Source: Catajapyx aquilonaris (taxonomy: Eukaryota). From it: 64,000 nucleotides of DNA. The DNA lies in contig JYFJ02001493.1 in NCBI GenBank assembly GCA_000934665.2, forward strand, positions 1-64,000, in the 5' to 3' direction. Positions 1 through 12,435 of this stretch are shown here, piece after piece (position 1 is the stretch's first letter; the number at the start of each line of letters is the position of its first letter). The translations under genes were made by a program, and so were the position numbers. The notes under the pieces were generated by a model that saw only the letters and a program-made list of their open reading frames with translations, did not search any database and had not been told where the DNA came from.

Positions 1-1670
1 GGGGGGGGCATTTCTTCTTCGGGCTTGGGGCGCAAAAAACCTTAATGCGGCCCGATGTGCTACATCTGGTTATGTACTGTGAGACATGCAGAAACGAGCA
101 ACAGACTGACCTGTAAATGTTCAAGCATGAAGACAAATAAAAAAGGCGTGATCCAATAATTGAAGATGCCACATATGCCAGAAGCAGCAACATCCATGAT
201 GCACAGTCCACCAGAGTGACACGTTTCTGTCTGACATGGGTCATTTTATAGCATTCCTGGCATATGGTAATGTAACCCCTGAATAGCCTTATTTTTCAAG
301 AAAGCTCGTATATAACATCTTACTGAATTATTGAAACGAAGGAAAGATGAGAGATAAGAGGATAAGACCATTTTTGCGAATATGTAGGCTTTAGGATGAA
401 TACTGAATAATAGGCAAAGGTTTAAATTACGTTCTTAGATAATATCCTGCATATGTCCACTCCAAATTCGATATTCTAACCTTCAGACATTGAGAAGAGT
501 TTACGCTGCAAGTGAAAATATCACTTTTCACAAAGTGTTCACACAATCCATAACTTTTTTCATGTTCTCCTCTTGAACTGTATGGACTTGGATAGTGCAC
601 CACTTTGTCGATGATGTAGCTCTACAAATACAGTATGGTGACACATGCAATTACTGTATAATAAAAGAAAAACTTTTTTTTTCCAGAGCAGATAAAAATC
701 TGTATTGCAATAACTTATTTGTACACAAGATTATTTTGTGACATATTGTCCATATCATTTCGAGATTCACATAATAAGCGAGGAGAAATACAACAACTGA
801 TTGTGACTATCAGCAAGTATTTCCACAACAGGCAGCACCCATACATTTTCCATTGAAAGTACAGTATGAGTAATGAGATCTGATTACACACGTCCCTGAC
901 ATGAAACCTCAAGGAGATTCACCAAGTTATTATGACAACAATAAGCCACATGTCACACATTCATTCTTCAGCACGAGTTACAGAACGCATCAGTTAGAGC
1001 TGTCAACACAGCACTACTTGCTTATTAAGTGCGAGAACATTTTTATTCCTTAGTCGTAAACCAATGTGACCAGTGGTATGTAATGAAACATTTCATAAAA
1101 CTGAGATGGAATGCAAATTATTGGCTAATAACCTGGATTGAAATACTTCCACTAAAAGTGTGTGCCACTTCCTACATTTGTTTCCGATAATGTGTACATG
1201 TATGAGATTCTAAAGGTCATCAAAATAAAAGCTAACCTAATGGACATAATGGACAACACAGTTTGTACTACCGGTACATATTATGTAAAAATATAAGTTA
1301 ATGAATAATGATGATTTGCTGAACACTCGAGTGTACAGCAAATCATTAATTGGTAATGATGAGATGCTGGATAGATCAACAGAGCAAAACTTCCTTCTTA
1401 ATGCTCCAACCTTTAGCCCTGTGCAATTTGTTTCAGCCTAATCTCTTAATAAATCATGAGTCGTACATAATTATCATGATCTCAATCATTGAGCTAAAGA
1501 CAGCAGAACAACTCCAACAGAAATGCAATGACTAACAGGCCACTTTCATTTGTACACATCACCATGAACCTGATTTTAGCGTATCATAGTTGGTGAAAGG
1601 CCCGCTTGCTCTTTGAAGTAAAAATATACCAAAAATTGTACCAGTACCTCGCCGGTACCTTTAAATAATA

Positions 1671-1780
1671 TCACTTGTTGGGACCAATATCGAGGATGGA
1701 TTCAGGAATGCCAAACTTCGAATGTTGATGTGGGCTCTCATTACACTCAGCATCTAGCAGTGTATATGAAGTGTTCCAAT
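1671..1780 (-). CDS. CEPT1: Candidate alternative last coding exon of CEPT (DWNTSYTLLDAECNESPHQHSKFGIPESILDIGPNK*)
   Basis: Strong acceptor ttttccttttgttctgcag at 1781. It is phase-1 compatible with an internal donor AACG|gtatga at 3310/3309 and the frame is open to TGA at 1673-1671. Confidence 0.6.
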
Positions 1781-3253
1781 CTGCAGAACAAAAGGAAAAA
1801 GGCCACATGTTAACAAAACGGTAGCCGTGATTTTTGGTAGTACATTAGAGTGCATGACAGAACCATCAACATTCAAGTTAAAAGCTCCCCAGAAAGGTTC
1901 GTGAAAGCAAACACAAGAAATCACATTCGTATTGATGCATTACTATATATTTTTCTCCAAATATTTTCATGACCCACATATTATGCCTGCGTTTATTTAA
2001 GTAAATATGTACCACTGATACAGCCCATTGCAGATCACAACCAAGAAAACCTCTAAAAAAAAGTGTCACAGCAGAGAAAGGAGAGTTGGAAGATTCACCC
2101 ACTCACATTTATTCGTGGACAAATCACCACAAAGGTGGAAGATACAGACGAAAATTAATTTCTAACATGGAACAAATGGCAAGAACAACAATGGGCTCAG
2201 TATCCTGGGTTAAAACTAACGCTGCTTCTTTTTTCTTTCTCTTTTCTTCCTCCTCCTTCTTCCATGAGTATAAATATGACTATGAGTTGTATTGTTCAAA
2301 ATATCTATACCTCTTCCCATTCACGAGTTTGGTTTGGTCAGCATACAAAAAAAACAATTCAAGTTACGTCATTGGTATCTTGGCATTTTCAATTGGCAAT
2401 CCACATACACCAACTAACTTTTAAAATACACGTAACGCAAAAAAAAATTATTTTGCCTCTGGTCATGTCACGATGTACTGAACCATCGACCGCATACATA
2501 GCGCAGCATGTTCAGTAATTAAAAATTAATTTCAGAATGTGGATGAGGAGGGAATATATTAATTTTCATTGTGTAGTTTGAATGTCAAATAAATGTTGTA
2601 TTCTACTCTACCAAAAAAAAAACATGGTAAATCACAAAAAGGAAGCTCTGCTAACACCTAATGAGCATTAGTATTTGTAATCTTGGAAAAAACCAACTGA
2701 GTTAAGCATAAATGAAACTACTAAACCCATGACCTTGATATGTTGCATGTTAGACAACAAAAATCGCAGGAAAAAAGTTAACGGAAACCCATGAAAATAT
2801 CACAGAATGAACTTGTGCCAGGTTAGACAAAAAAAAACAACAACTAAATGTTCTCTACAACATAAAGGTAAACGAAAGAAAACAACCCATGCTACTGGTA
2901 CATAACACCATTAACAAGCTACCAAATTTCACCTATGATACTTATTTATATACATACAATATATTTACAATCGGTAACCAAAAGCCTTGTTAACAGTGAT
3001 AAAGAAATATAGTTTATACTGTACAATATATCACAACTCAAAAAATAGGAAGATGTAAATCAAATTATTGAAATATTAATAAATCTTTTCCAAATAAGCA
3101 CGTAACCAAAAAAGAAAAATAAATTGCAGCCCACATAATATAATACATTAAAATAAGAAAATTACATCAGGATTAGGAGCTGAATTTTTGTTCCAAAAAA
3201 GTTTTGGTTGTCACCACACAACAGTGGGAGTTGAGAGGGGGGCAAAACACACT

Positions 3254-6200
3254 TCACTTCTTGTCATCTCTTCCGCCTCTAATGCGACTTGACCTGGCAG
3301 AATTCATACCGTTTCGGTCGCTTCCGGCCAATGAATGTGGCGGTGGAATTATGGTGAACAAGCTGATCCTCAAATGTTCACAGATCTCAAGACAAACTTG
3401 GCTGCAGTATCTGAACAGGTCCCAAATCACCCATAACTGTAAGCACAAGTCGTCATTTAGGAAATTCATGAGTTAAAATAGAAGTCTCTAAATTAAGTTT
3501 CTGTCGGTATCGACATTCGTTCGCATGTCATACATACAGCACTGTCACATGCACCGTAACAAAGAGTTACGTACGACTTCAACACAAATGACATTAAGTA
3601 GGGAACAATCAGGAGTGAGCATACTTACCAAACAAAGCCAGAGCACATAGTACTCCTTGATGAAGAAGTTGAAGTATTGGTTGAGGAAGAGCATGGCCGG
3701 TCCTATTAAGGCCGAGTCAAGATAATCCATCTCGCTCTTTGTCATGTGCGCTACCTGCATATCCCACAAATTTTTAAGTAATGGCTAACAAGAGTCTGGT
3801 CACTGGAATAATTAAACACACTCACCACTAGCCTGTTGGTGACTTTGGCCGAAACAAGGCCAAAAGCTATGATGTAGAGAGCAGGATGCTCTTCGTACAC
3901 ATGCTCTATACTCTTCCTATATATTATGAAGGCTGGCACTATTACCAGCCCAAATGGAATTATTGGCGATAAAACACTTGTTCCCTGGATAAGAGAAAAT
4001 TACTTTAAAACATGTCAAAGGTTTTAAAACGTGCACAATACAATGGACGAACTAGTTTTAATGCATAATAATGTGTGTTGCAATCACCCTACCCAGATGA
4101 CATGTAGGACATGACATGACAGTTCTAGTGTAATTTTTTTTAAAGGGGAACAATTAGGAAAAATTTAAGTCACATTTCTCCTATAACTTTTCAAAAGATG
4201 ATCAGCAATATTTTCAAATTATTTTAAATTTTCCTTGTCATTTCATGAAGCTGACAGTTGTCCTTCATCTCTGTCTAGCAAAAATTGCCTACTTTGCACA
4301 GTAAATAAAACATGTTGATGAATGCATGCATCAACATGTTTTATTTGCATCACAGTTATTATGCTTAAAACTCCCAGCATGCAACTATTTACAGTTGATA
4401 CAAAACATTACAACAAAACTACAGAAGAGAAAGAGAAGATCGAAGCACATTAAATGTAGCAGAAATTATGCATTGCTAATATGTGAGGGTCCGTTCCAAT
4501 CACAACTTACGGCCACAGTGGATCCGTTTTTCCCAACTCCACCCGTAAATATAACGGAGAAATGTGACTGGGCAAGCAGCCACGAGATGAGCAATGCCAC
4601 TGCCACAGGAATGGACTTTACCTCCAACTCTATGAGAGGCAGCTTGCAGAGAAAGGAGCAGAACAATGCATGTTGAGACAGTTAGCGTCAGTTGCGGTTA
4701 GTAAGGGTCGGGTTGGGGGTAACAAGAGGTGTTAGTTTCCCAAGCAGGCAACACGTCGCACACAGCAAGACTTACGGCGACTGTGGACCCGTTCCTTCCA
4801 ACTCCACCAGTGAGGATTACGGTAAATTGAGAATGAATAGCAATGGCTCCGAGTATTACAACGGTTAGAGCCACAAGCATCTTTACAGTTAAGCCTAGTA
4901 CCTGGCAACAATGAAGAGGCCAATAATTAGTGAGTGTTTTTTTTTTCCCCTTTCCCCTTCTTTTTTAAAACTACTACAGTTTTCCATTCCCACCCCCACT
5001 CATGCTCCTGAAAAGTAAGGAGACCAGTACAACCAGCCCCTATCATGCTAGTGTTAATCTGCAAAGCATATGAATATAGAAATATGAGAGTCGATGTATC
5101 GAAGCTGGGCGACGACTTACGGCCACAGTAGAACCGTTCTTCCCGCAACCGCCTGTCAAGGCAATTTCAATATTCTTGTATAGGGCATAAGTGGCAGGTA
5201 CACTTGCCACTACCAAGAAAACAATACTATACTCCATGTTTACCACGGGAATCTGAAATACAAGCTCACTTGTTAAGTGCTTTAGCATGTCAACTTTTAG
5301 TACAAAGCACTGCACAACCATTCATGTAAACACTTTAAAAAATAGTGGGTAAATATTATTCCAGCCTAACTAACATCAATTTTTCATGAAATACCAGACT
5401 TTTTTTTGAAAAATAATACGGTACATTGTCCTTCTACATACTTAGACTTGTTTCGGAAGTGGCACAGGTTCAAGGTTCAGACTTACAATCATCAAATTGC
5501 AAAACTGCATAGTATCATACCCCAAGACAAAGTCCGTCAAATTCCCTTCACTTTCATTTTGTGTAGCTATCCATTTTTGATATTGTGACATTGAAAAGTA
5601 ATCATGTTTGAGTATGCACACATCGTGTGTCTTCTATGCATGACACGATACCATCACTACTGTAAAACCTCTCTAGAGAGGTCTCTCCAGTTCGCAAAAG
5701 TTTTCTCCATATAAAATATGGGTCTGATACATAGTAACAAATACTAAACCTTATCCACAGGGAACAAACAAAAATTCTGCATTGGACTTTGTATCCATAG
5801 TCCATTTCATCTAGTAAAATTATTGAAGTGATTCATTAACCTGATAAAAATTATTCACTTTCCTGTAGGGATTGATTTCACTTTTCTAACAGTTGCTCTA
5901 GATCTCTCGCTTTATCAGTTACACCTAAAAATAAAATAATAAATAAATAAAAATCAACCACATTTTGGGGTCAGGAAGAATTATTCGTGGTTATCTACCC
6001 GCAACATCCTGTAACAAAAAATGACCAATGTTCAATGCAATTATCTATAGAAACAGAATGTGACCATCAGGTGAAGCAGTATGGATTTACACTTCCTGAT
6101 TACTGCGAGTTGAGCACCTCTGATATAATGATAGCTGCATTAATTTTTTTCTTTGTTTCGCCTTGGATATTGAAGTTTTGAGGTTCTTCACAACAATGGT

Positions 6201-9200
6201 TTCGTTTTGTGTATTAAATGAAGAAACATCACAAAAATTTCCTTTCAAATGCAGGATTAAATGTCCTTATGCAACTAATATTTTTCTCACGACATACGGT
6301 GGCAAAAATTCTCACAAACAAAATCCTGAAATAAAAAAATAAAATCAGTAAAAGTAATATGGCTTCAAAAAAAAAAAGTGTACCAGCACTTAATATCCTA
6401 AAATGAACCATAGTTAATGCAAGATGGCGATATCTTGTAACCACCAATTTCACAATATCTCTGATGTAAGGCACAGGAAATAAGTCTACATAAAAACTAG
6501 GTGTTCTAGTGAACTGAATGCTAACATTGCAAATCCTCAAGTCAGCACAGTGGTGAACTTTACCCCATCAGTTTAACACACTGGAAGACACATGGAGTGG
6601 CTACCATACCAGATTAAACACAAACTGATTGGACAGGATGATTGTTTAGAGAACATGCCAGCCTTGCTCATATTATGCCCTGGAAGGCAGCTCTTCCAGT
6701 TCAGTTTTGCATGCTGAACATACTCATGTGATACCAATACAACCTGATCATAGACTGCTGTAACAAAACTTCATGATGGTACCACACTCTTTATATCACG
6801 GACTCACGATGGATGAGTAAACAGCACCTCATTACATATGCCATGGTCTCTTAATATTCAGTTTATTCAGGCCATGATTGACAGTCATGCTTACCTTAAC
6901 GGACCAAATGGATGAACCAAATATTGCTGATGCGAGATGAACTGCCATTAAACCAAACTGTGCTTCTGTGACGTCAAACCTTCCAAACCGCAATGTACCT
7001 GAAATGTACATTTATTGATACAGTACTGCCCTGTGATTAAACTTAAAATGTGTTCCTACCAGACACATAGGTTTGCCAGTGTGCGCAATAGAAGAGGGTC
7101 ATCCCAACAAAACACTGGTAAAAAACCCATCCTGGGTACACTCCCAACTGGCAGGAAATGCATGCAGATAAGGCTGCAAATACTAAGAGAGAAAAAATAT
7201 GTAAATTCTGAATAATTTGACATGACAAGAATATTTTACCAGTGGAGAGTGAATCACATCCGTGGTCGAAAAGCTCTCCCAACGGACTCGAAGTACCAGT
7301 TCTTCTCGCCTGCTTCCCATCAATAGCGTCCAGGCTCTGATATATGAAAAGGCCCAAAGCGCATAAAAAGCAGGCCCACCTTGGCACCTGAAATAAATAA
7401 ATAAATATCCCTATAAAATCACTGGCATCAACAATATTGGCGGGAGAAGAAGAAAAAAAACAAAACATGTTGACTCATACTAAACACATCAGCAGGATTG
7501 TTTATCTGACCCCATATGGCCTGGACTTTAATCCTTGGTGGGGATACTACATATCAGGAATCTTCCAAGGGTCAACAGCATATTGTCACAATGTCACGCG
7601 TGTGAAAGTGAATGAATTCAGGTGTCAGCAAAGTTCATTTCAGGGCATTCAGCTTTCCTTCTGCGTTGCAGTTGCAAGGAGATGAATTATTAAACTGTAT
7701 ATGCTCAAACTGTATGACATTGAACTGCAGTAGTTTGCTCCTTTTTTCACCTCAGAAATTGCCTGACAGATAACTTTTCACAATGTTAACACCTGGTCTC
7801 TGGCTTCTCCGCATAATCACAGTGTCCTTATGCAGTGCTCCATGTGTTGCAGTATTTCTAACCAGCTTGTAACCACTCATGAATAATGGATAGCATCTGG
7901 ATAACTCAAACATCAGTCCAGTATTTCGTAATGCGCATTAACACCCTTCCATTGTATCTATTATCTATTAATAAATCAATCAGTATTCTGCTTCCACATG
8001 CATAACTTAATTCCGATGTGATTCTGCAGCATATAAATTTTTATCATGATCCGAAAGTGGCAAGAGTGATACCGTATGCTTTTCTAATCACTTGCCGAGG
8101 GCATAAAAACATACAATGGCCATGAAATCTTGACACTATAAAATGAGAAGAAATGAAAGTAATATACTCTCATTGTTATGACTCCAGAATTACATAATTG
8201 CATCGCAAATAAAAATTTCAATGGTAGTGCTTTATTCATACCAAAATTGAACTGCAACACACTACAAATTATTATTAACGATAGCAATTTCATTGTGTCA
8301 CCGTAAGCCCAAATAATACTCAATGTCATAAAATGTCGAATATTTTAACCATGTAACTCACATTCAGATGTAAGAATAATGTGACTTCCCACAAGGGACC
8401 ATAAAAATTCACACGTTTTGAACAAGGTATGGTGTTATGTAACCGACATGTGATATGATGCACTTATTGTACTCTCTCAAAGTTACTTGCCAGACAATAC
8501 GTTTTTATGACTACAGGATATGGCATTGCATTTGCATCGACAGAATATAACACGCCAATTGTGGATATCCATCAACAGTTACGTACTGTATTATCCTATA
8601 GTGTGGTGAATTGTGTCACTCATTAAGAAAAATAATTGCAATTTTATCTCACTTGGAGAAGTCCCAAATTGTTATCAATTGATCGATAAATACAAAAACT
8701 TTAAGTGGTTCACTTCCCCCTGCTCCTGTCTCCAAACGACCATTTATGTGATTTATTGCTTAGTGTTTGTTGTGCAACTTCTGGTCTCTCAACCTAAATC
8801 AAATACGACTTCCTTCAACAGCCACTGGAAAGTAAACGTTCCCTTCTCAGTAACAAAATTGTATGGCAGCAACCGACTAACTGGATCATTTACCATGATA
8901 TGCATTCGATGTGAACTGAATAATCCATTCATTCATCACAGCACAGCATTGTAACTGGAAAAATGCCCATAAATGATTTCTTACAATGTTTTTAAATAAA
9001 TAATAAATCTGAACAACATGATGAATCTTAAGATGTTGTAACATGACATGATCAGCCTGTTTATCTACGCATCAGCTGCATATTGTGCACTTTCTTATCC
9101 ATGGAATACGGCGACTTAGACCTCTTCTGAAGGCGGATATCTGATAAGACTGTTGTCATCCACGAGTACAAACACTGACACACGAATCAACCTCATGCCA

Positions 9201-9608
9201 TCCCAACCGTCACCTCGAACATATTAGCATACCAATAAGCATGCAATAAAAATTAATCGGTGGAGCAATTAGTAAATTATGCACCCTGTCAATTATTAAG
9301 AAAATGATCACAGTGCTGTCTGTTTGCATCCTTACAAATCATAGTACGCAGCAATGAGTGTCCATTACCTCTTCCTTGGCGTTTGGACTGTAGTAGACGA
9401 GCACGAGGCTGGTGAGTATGTTGATGGCCAGCCCCAGGACCGTGATGAGGTTAGGTGCCAGCCAGAGAGGCACCTTCCCCACAAGCCAGTTCCACAGCCC
9501 CTGCATGTAAGGGTCAAGCAGGCTGCTGCTGGCACAGCTGTACTTGTGCTCTCCCAGTCGCTTCAGCTGGCCACTGGTCAGCACCCTCCCTCGACCCATC
9601 CCCAGCAT
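3254..9608 (-). CDS. CEPT1: Choline/ethanolamine phosphotransferase (CDP-alcohol phosphotransferase, CEPT1/CHPT1 family; Drosophila bbc-like), ~404 aa, spliced
   Basis: Exons (minus): 9608-9369, 7387-7240, 7182-7060, 6998-6895, one of 5252-5121/4901-4776/4642-4511, 3984-3826, 3754-3629, 3436-3254. All introns are GT-AG and phases match. Contains the CDP-alcohol phosphotransferase motif [26 protein letters not shown], plus [39 protein letters not shown] and VAHMTKSEM. Confidence 0.95.
4511..4642 (-). CDS. CEPT1: CEPT alternative exon C ([44 protein letters not shown])
   Basis: 132 nt, phase 0/0, pyrimidine tract plus AAG acceptor, GCC|gtaagt donor. Confidence 0.88.
4776..4901 (-). CDS. CEPT1: CEPT alternative exon B ([42 protein letters not shown])
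   Basis: 126 nt, phase 0/0, tgccag acceptor, GCC|gtaagt donor. Confidence 0.88.
5121..5252 (-). CDS. CEPT1: CEPT alternative exon A ([44 protein letters not shown])
   Basis: 132 nt, phase 0/0, tttcag acceptor, GCC|gtaagt donor; paralogous to exons B and C. Confidence 0.88.
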
Positions 9609-10236
9609 CGCTCACTCCTTGGCTGGTTGTGCCTGGTTCTTCCTTCAGACCCACCTGGTCCTTGTTGTGTTTGTGTGCTTGGAGAGACACAAGAGAGTCT
9701 TTCCCTCGTCTGCAGCTTTCACTTCGCACTGAAATCAGCATCACACTACTGGATGCAGGGACTACTACCCGACCCTGCGACGTCACTCGCACTAGTCACG
9801 TGCATGCGGGGACTACTACCTGCGCAACGCAGGTTCGACCTTTCCGTGAATGTGCGCTGCCATGTTGAATCCAGGATGCGTCAAAACATTTCCAGCTAAA
9901 TTTCAAGCAAAATCTGACCGATTTTCGAATTTCAGACCCTCGGACCCCTCAAAGTATGACCTCCAAAAGTCATTTCCTATGCTGCACGTGGACTTTGACA
10001 ATCCAATTTTAGGAAGCCGTGTACTGTAACATTATTTTCGTTCGCATCAATATTGCATCTGCGAACTTGTTACCACATCCTCTCAATGACATGTCTTATT
10101 TCGGTTGTGGCACGGAAGGACTATTGATTCCAATGACAACTTGACAAGTAGCGAAATGTTCCCGTAGGACACACTTCAGGCTACATTTATGTACGTGTAA
10201 CAACACATTTGCCAACCGAACATTGTACGGTACCTT

Positions 10237-10237
<1 letters not shown>

Positions 10238-10295
<58 letters not shown>

Positions 10296-10298
10296 ATA

Positions 10299-10330
<32 letters not shown>

Positions 10331-10343
10331 GATGATGATGATG
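10238..10343. repeat. (ATT)n microsatellite ending in (GAT)n
   Basis: Directly visible near-perfect trinucleotide run; it explains the poly-Ile ORF 10209-10526. Confidence 0.97.
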
Positions 10344-10789
10344 CTGTTGGAGAAATTCATGACATATAATGACGATTTCTCCCCCAGATATAATTCGGGC
10401 CTAATGCCAACTCCGAACTTGCTTTACTGCAACTGCAGAACTACAATTTTTAATAGCCTACCGTATATTGATCTGCAGTGGATTACTTGGGATATCGTGC
10501 CAGCCATAGGCTTAAAAGTGTGCTGAAATGGCATGCCATACGTTGCTGGAGTAGGCTATTATAGGACTTTTTTAACGTACTGTAAAAAATTCGGATAGGT
10601 ACCCAACAAATAGACTATGACGCACATAACTTTAGTGTGTAAGTAAATAAAAGCCAAAATGACGTCCTAGGAATCACTTCTTATGAAACCAAGTTACTCA
10701 ATGGCTTATTTTTCTCCGGTGTGTTATGTAAACACACGTCTATTTGGACCAGATCCTAATACAACATGACCATAATATTTTGGTTACGG

Positions 10790-11040
10790 ACCGTCGCTTC
10801 CGGCCGCCCACTAATCCCTCATCAACCTGGCATCATCGCATAATGAATTTCGGCAACATCTTTCCCCCAGCATCTTGAAGGAGTGACGACGGCAACTCAG
10901 CACCAAGAAAAGTTGAATGGGTTCGACCTCGAATCGGGAGATGGCAGACGGCCCTTGGGTACTTACAGAAGAGGATTAAAACTTGTTAGGTCACGAAATA
11001 TACCATGAAGCGACGGTACATGTGACAACAAGTGGGCGGC
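10790..11040. promoter_or_regulatory. CpG-rich candidate shared/bidirectional promoter between CEPT and the tetraspanin
   Basis: Lies between the divergent genes; GC boxes at 10805 (CCGCCC) and 11034 (GGGCGG); splice donors point outward on both strands (minus 10966, plus 11016). Confidence 0.45.
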
Positions 11041-11591
11041 CTGATTTTGGAAATTTTTTTGAAGAAAAAAAAATGTGAGTTGATTTTTACAACCGTTTTT
11101 GTGTGTGTGAGGGGAGTGGTCATGTTGAGGTCAGATTGAGGGTGGACTTTAGCCCTCCTGTGGGGCAATAACGTGACTAGAGAAAATTGTGTGTAGGACT
11201 TTGCTTGACATAACAAAAGTTTTATGACCTGTTCGAATCAAGCAATATGCACGTACGAACTACAGGGTGTCCCAAAACAGATGGTTAGAAAAGAAAAGGC
11301 TAGAAAATTGTAATTTCCATTTTTATGGGGGTGTACAAAAAGTAGGCTATATGCAAACAGTAGTTAAATTATTTTAGGGGTTGAACTCATCAATATTTAG
11401 AAAAAGTGACAATAATTTTTATATGGAAGTAGTAGGTATTTCCAGCCCTGGCCACATTTTTTTTTTCAAAAGCAAACACCCTCTTCAAACATTTTACTGA
11501 CAGCATAAAACCGGACATTCCAAGCATACCCATGTGGTCCTTTTTTCCCCGAAAAAAAATTCTGATTCAAACTTCCGTTCTGTTCAACATC

Positions 11592-11845
11592 ATGTCCTTC
11601 AGCTCCAATCCAGCATTGGTCAGAAGGCCGTCCGAGAACGATGACTCTTTGGTACAGGAATTTCCTTCCTTCGGATCCAGGGTTGGGTGGGTTGGCTGGC
11701 CATTCAAGCCAAAGATTCACGTAACAAATCCAGAGGGGCCAGACTCACTACTGAGGGTAGGTGGAAAAAAAGGTCAGTCACACCAGTGTTTTTTTTTGGA
11801 GGGAGACTGTGAGGATGATTACGAGACACGGGTTGGACCTTACAG
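11592..11845 (+). CDS. Candidate alternative first coding exon of the tetraspanin (MSFSSNPALVRRPSENDD...RVGPYR)
   Basis: ATG-initiated 254-nt open frame ending AG|gtgggt in phase 2, in frame with the acceptor at 13210. Confidence 0.35.
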
Positions 11846-12435
11846 GTGGGTACTCTAAAAAGAAGGGTGTTGGCCATTGGATTTTATTTGAACTGTTTAT
11901 GGGTAGGGAGTGATGATTGGGGTTGTGTAGGTGTGTTTTTTTAAAGAAAAAAAGTGACCAACCTTGAAGGTACAGTCGTTGGTACAGTGTATATACACAG
12001 GTGGCAAATATTGCAAAATAAAATTCAAATTCTGCATGAAAATAATGTTACGTCATATATATGTCAGTTAGCGACCATTTCCGGGTAATTTGCACAATTA
12101 TGACCTTTTGCAATAACCGCTTATCGATCATAGTTTGGCCTTGCAGACACAATTGGCAACACTCCGTATTATGCACACATGTAATATGTAAACCGATGCC
12201 TGGGTTGGCCGGCGGAGTTTTGCAAATAGAGCTGATGCCAGTGCATAAATGAGCAGCTCAACAGGTGGTCAGAGGTCGAGTGGTTGGGGCGTTCCATAAA
12301 ACACAAGGTTGATATACGTCACATACTGAAGGGGGAACAAACAAACTAGTCGTACACCCCCTGCACATACTGGCTGTGTATCTCGAGTGATATCAGCTCC
12401 CTATCTGTGCTTGTGTTGAGAGGTGGGCCTTAAAA

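Noticed and set aside
1..53. GC-rich window edge resembling the end of a non-autonomous DNA element
   Set aside because: Truncated by the window; no partner TIR or TSD can be checked.
1671..3256. Both CEPT stop codons are TGA; considered a SELENOI-like selenoprotein or readthrough
   Set aside because: The sequence is CEPT1/CHPT1-type, there is no TGA-CTA readthrough context, and I could not identify a SECIS.
4902..6894. Docking-site/selector RNA pairings for the CEPT exon cassette
   Set aside because: Only ~7-bp complementarities were found by eye, which is chance level; comparative folding is needed.
9354..9899. 181-aa and 137-aa plus-strand ORFs
   Set aside because: Antisense shadows of the GC-rich first coding exon and 5' region of CEPT; no recognisable protein features.
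10209..10526. Poly-Ile/poly-Met ORF
   Set aside because: Translation of the (ATT)n/(GAT)n microsatellite.
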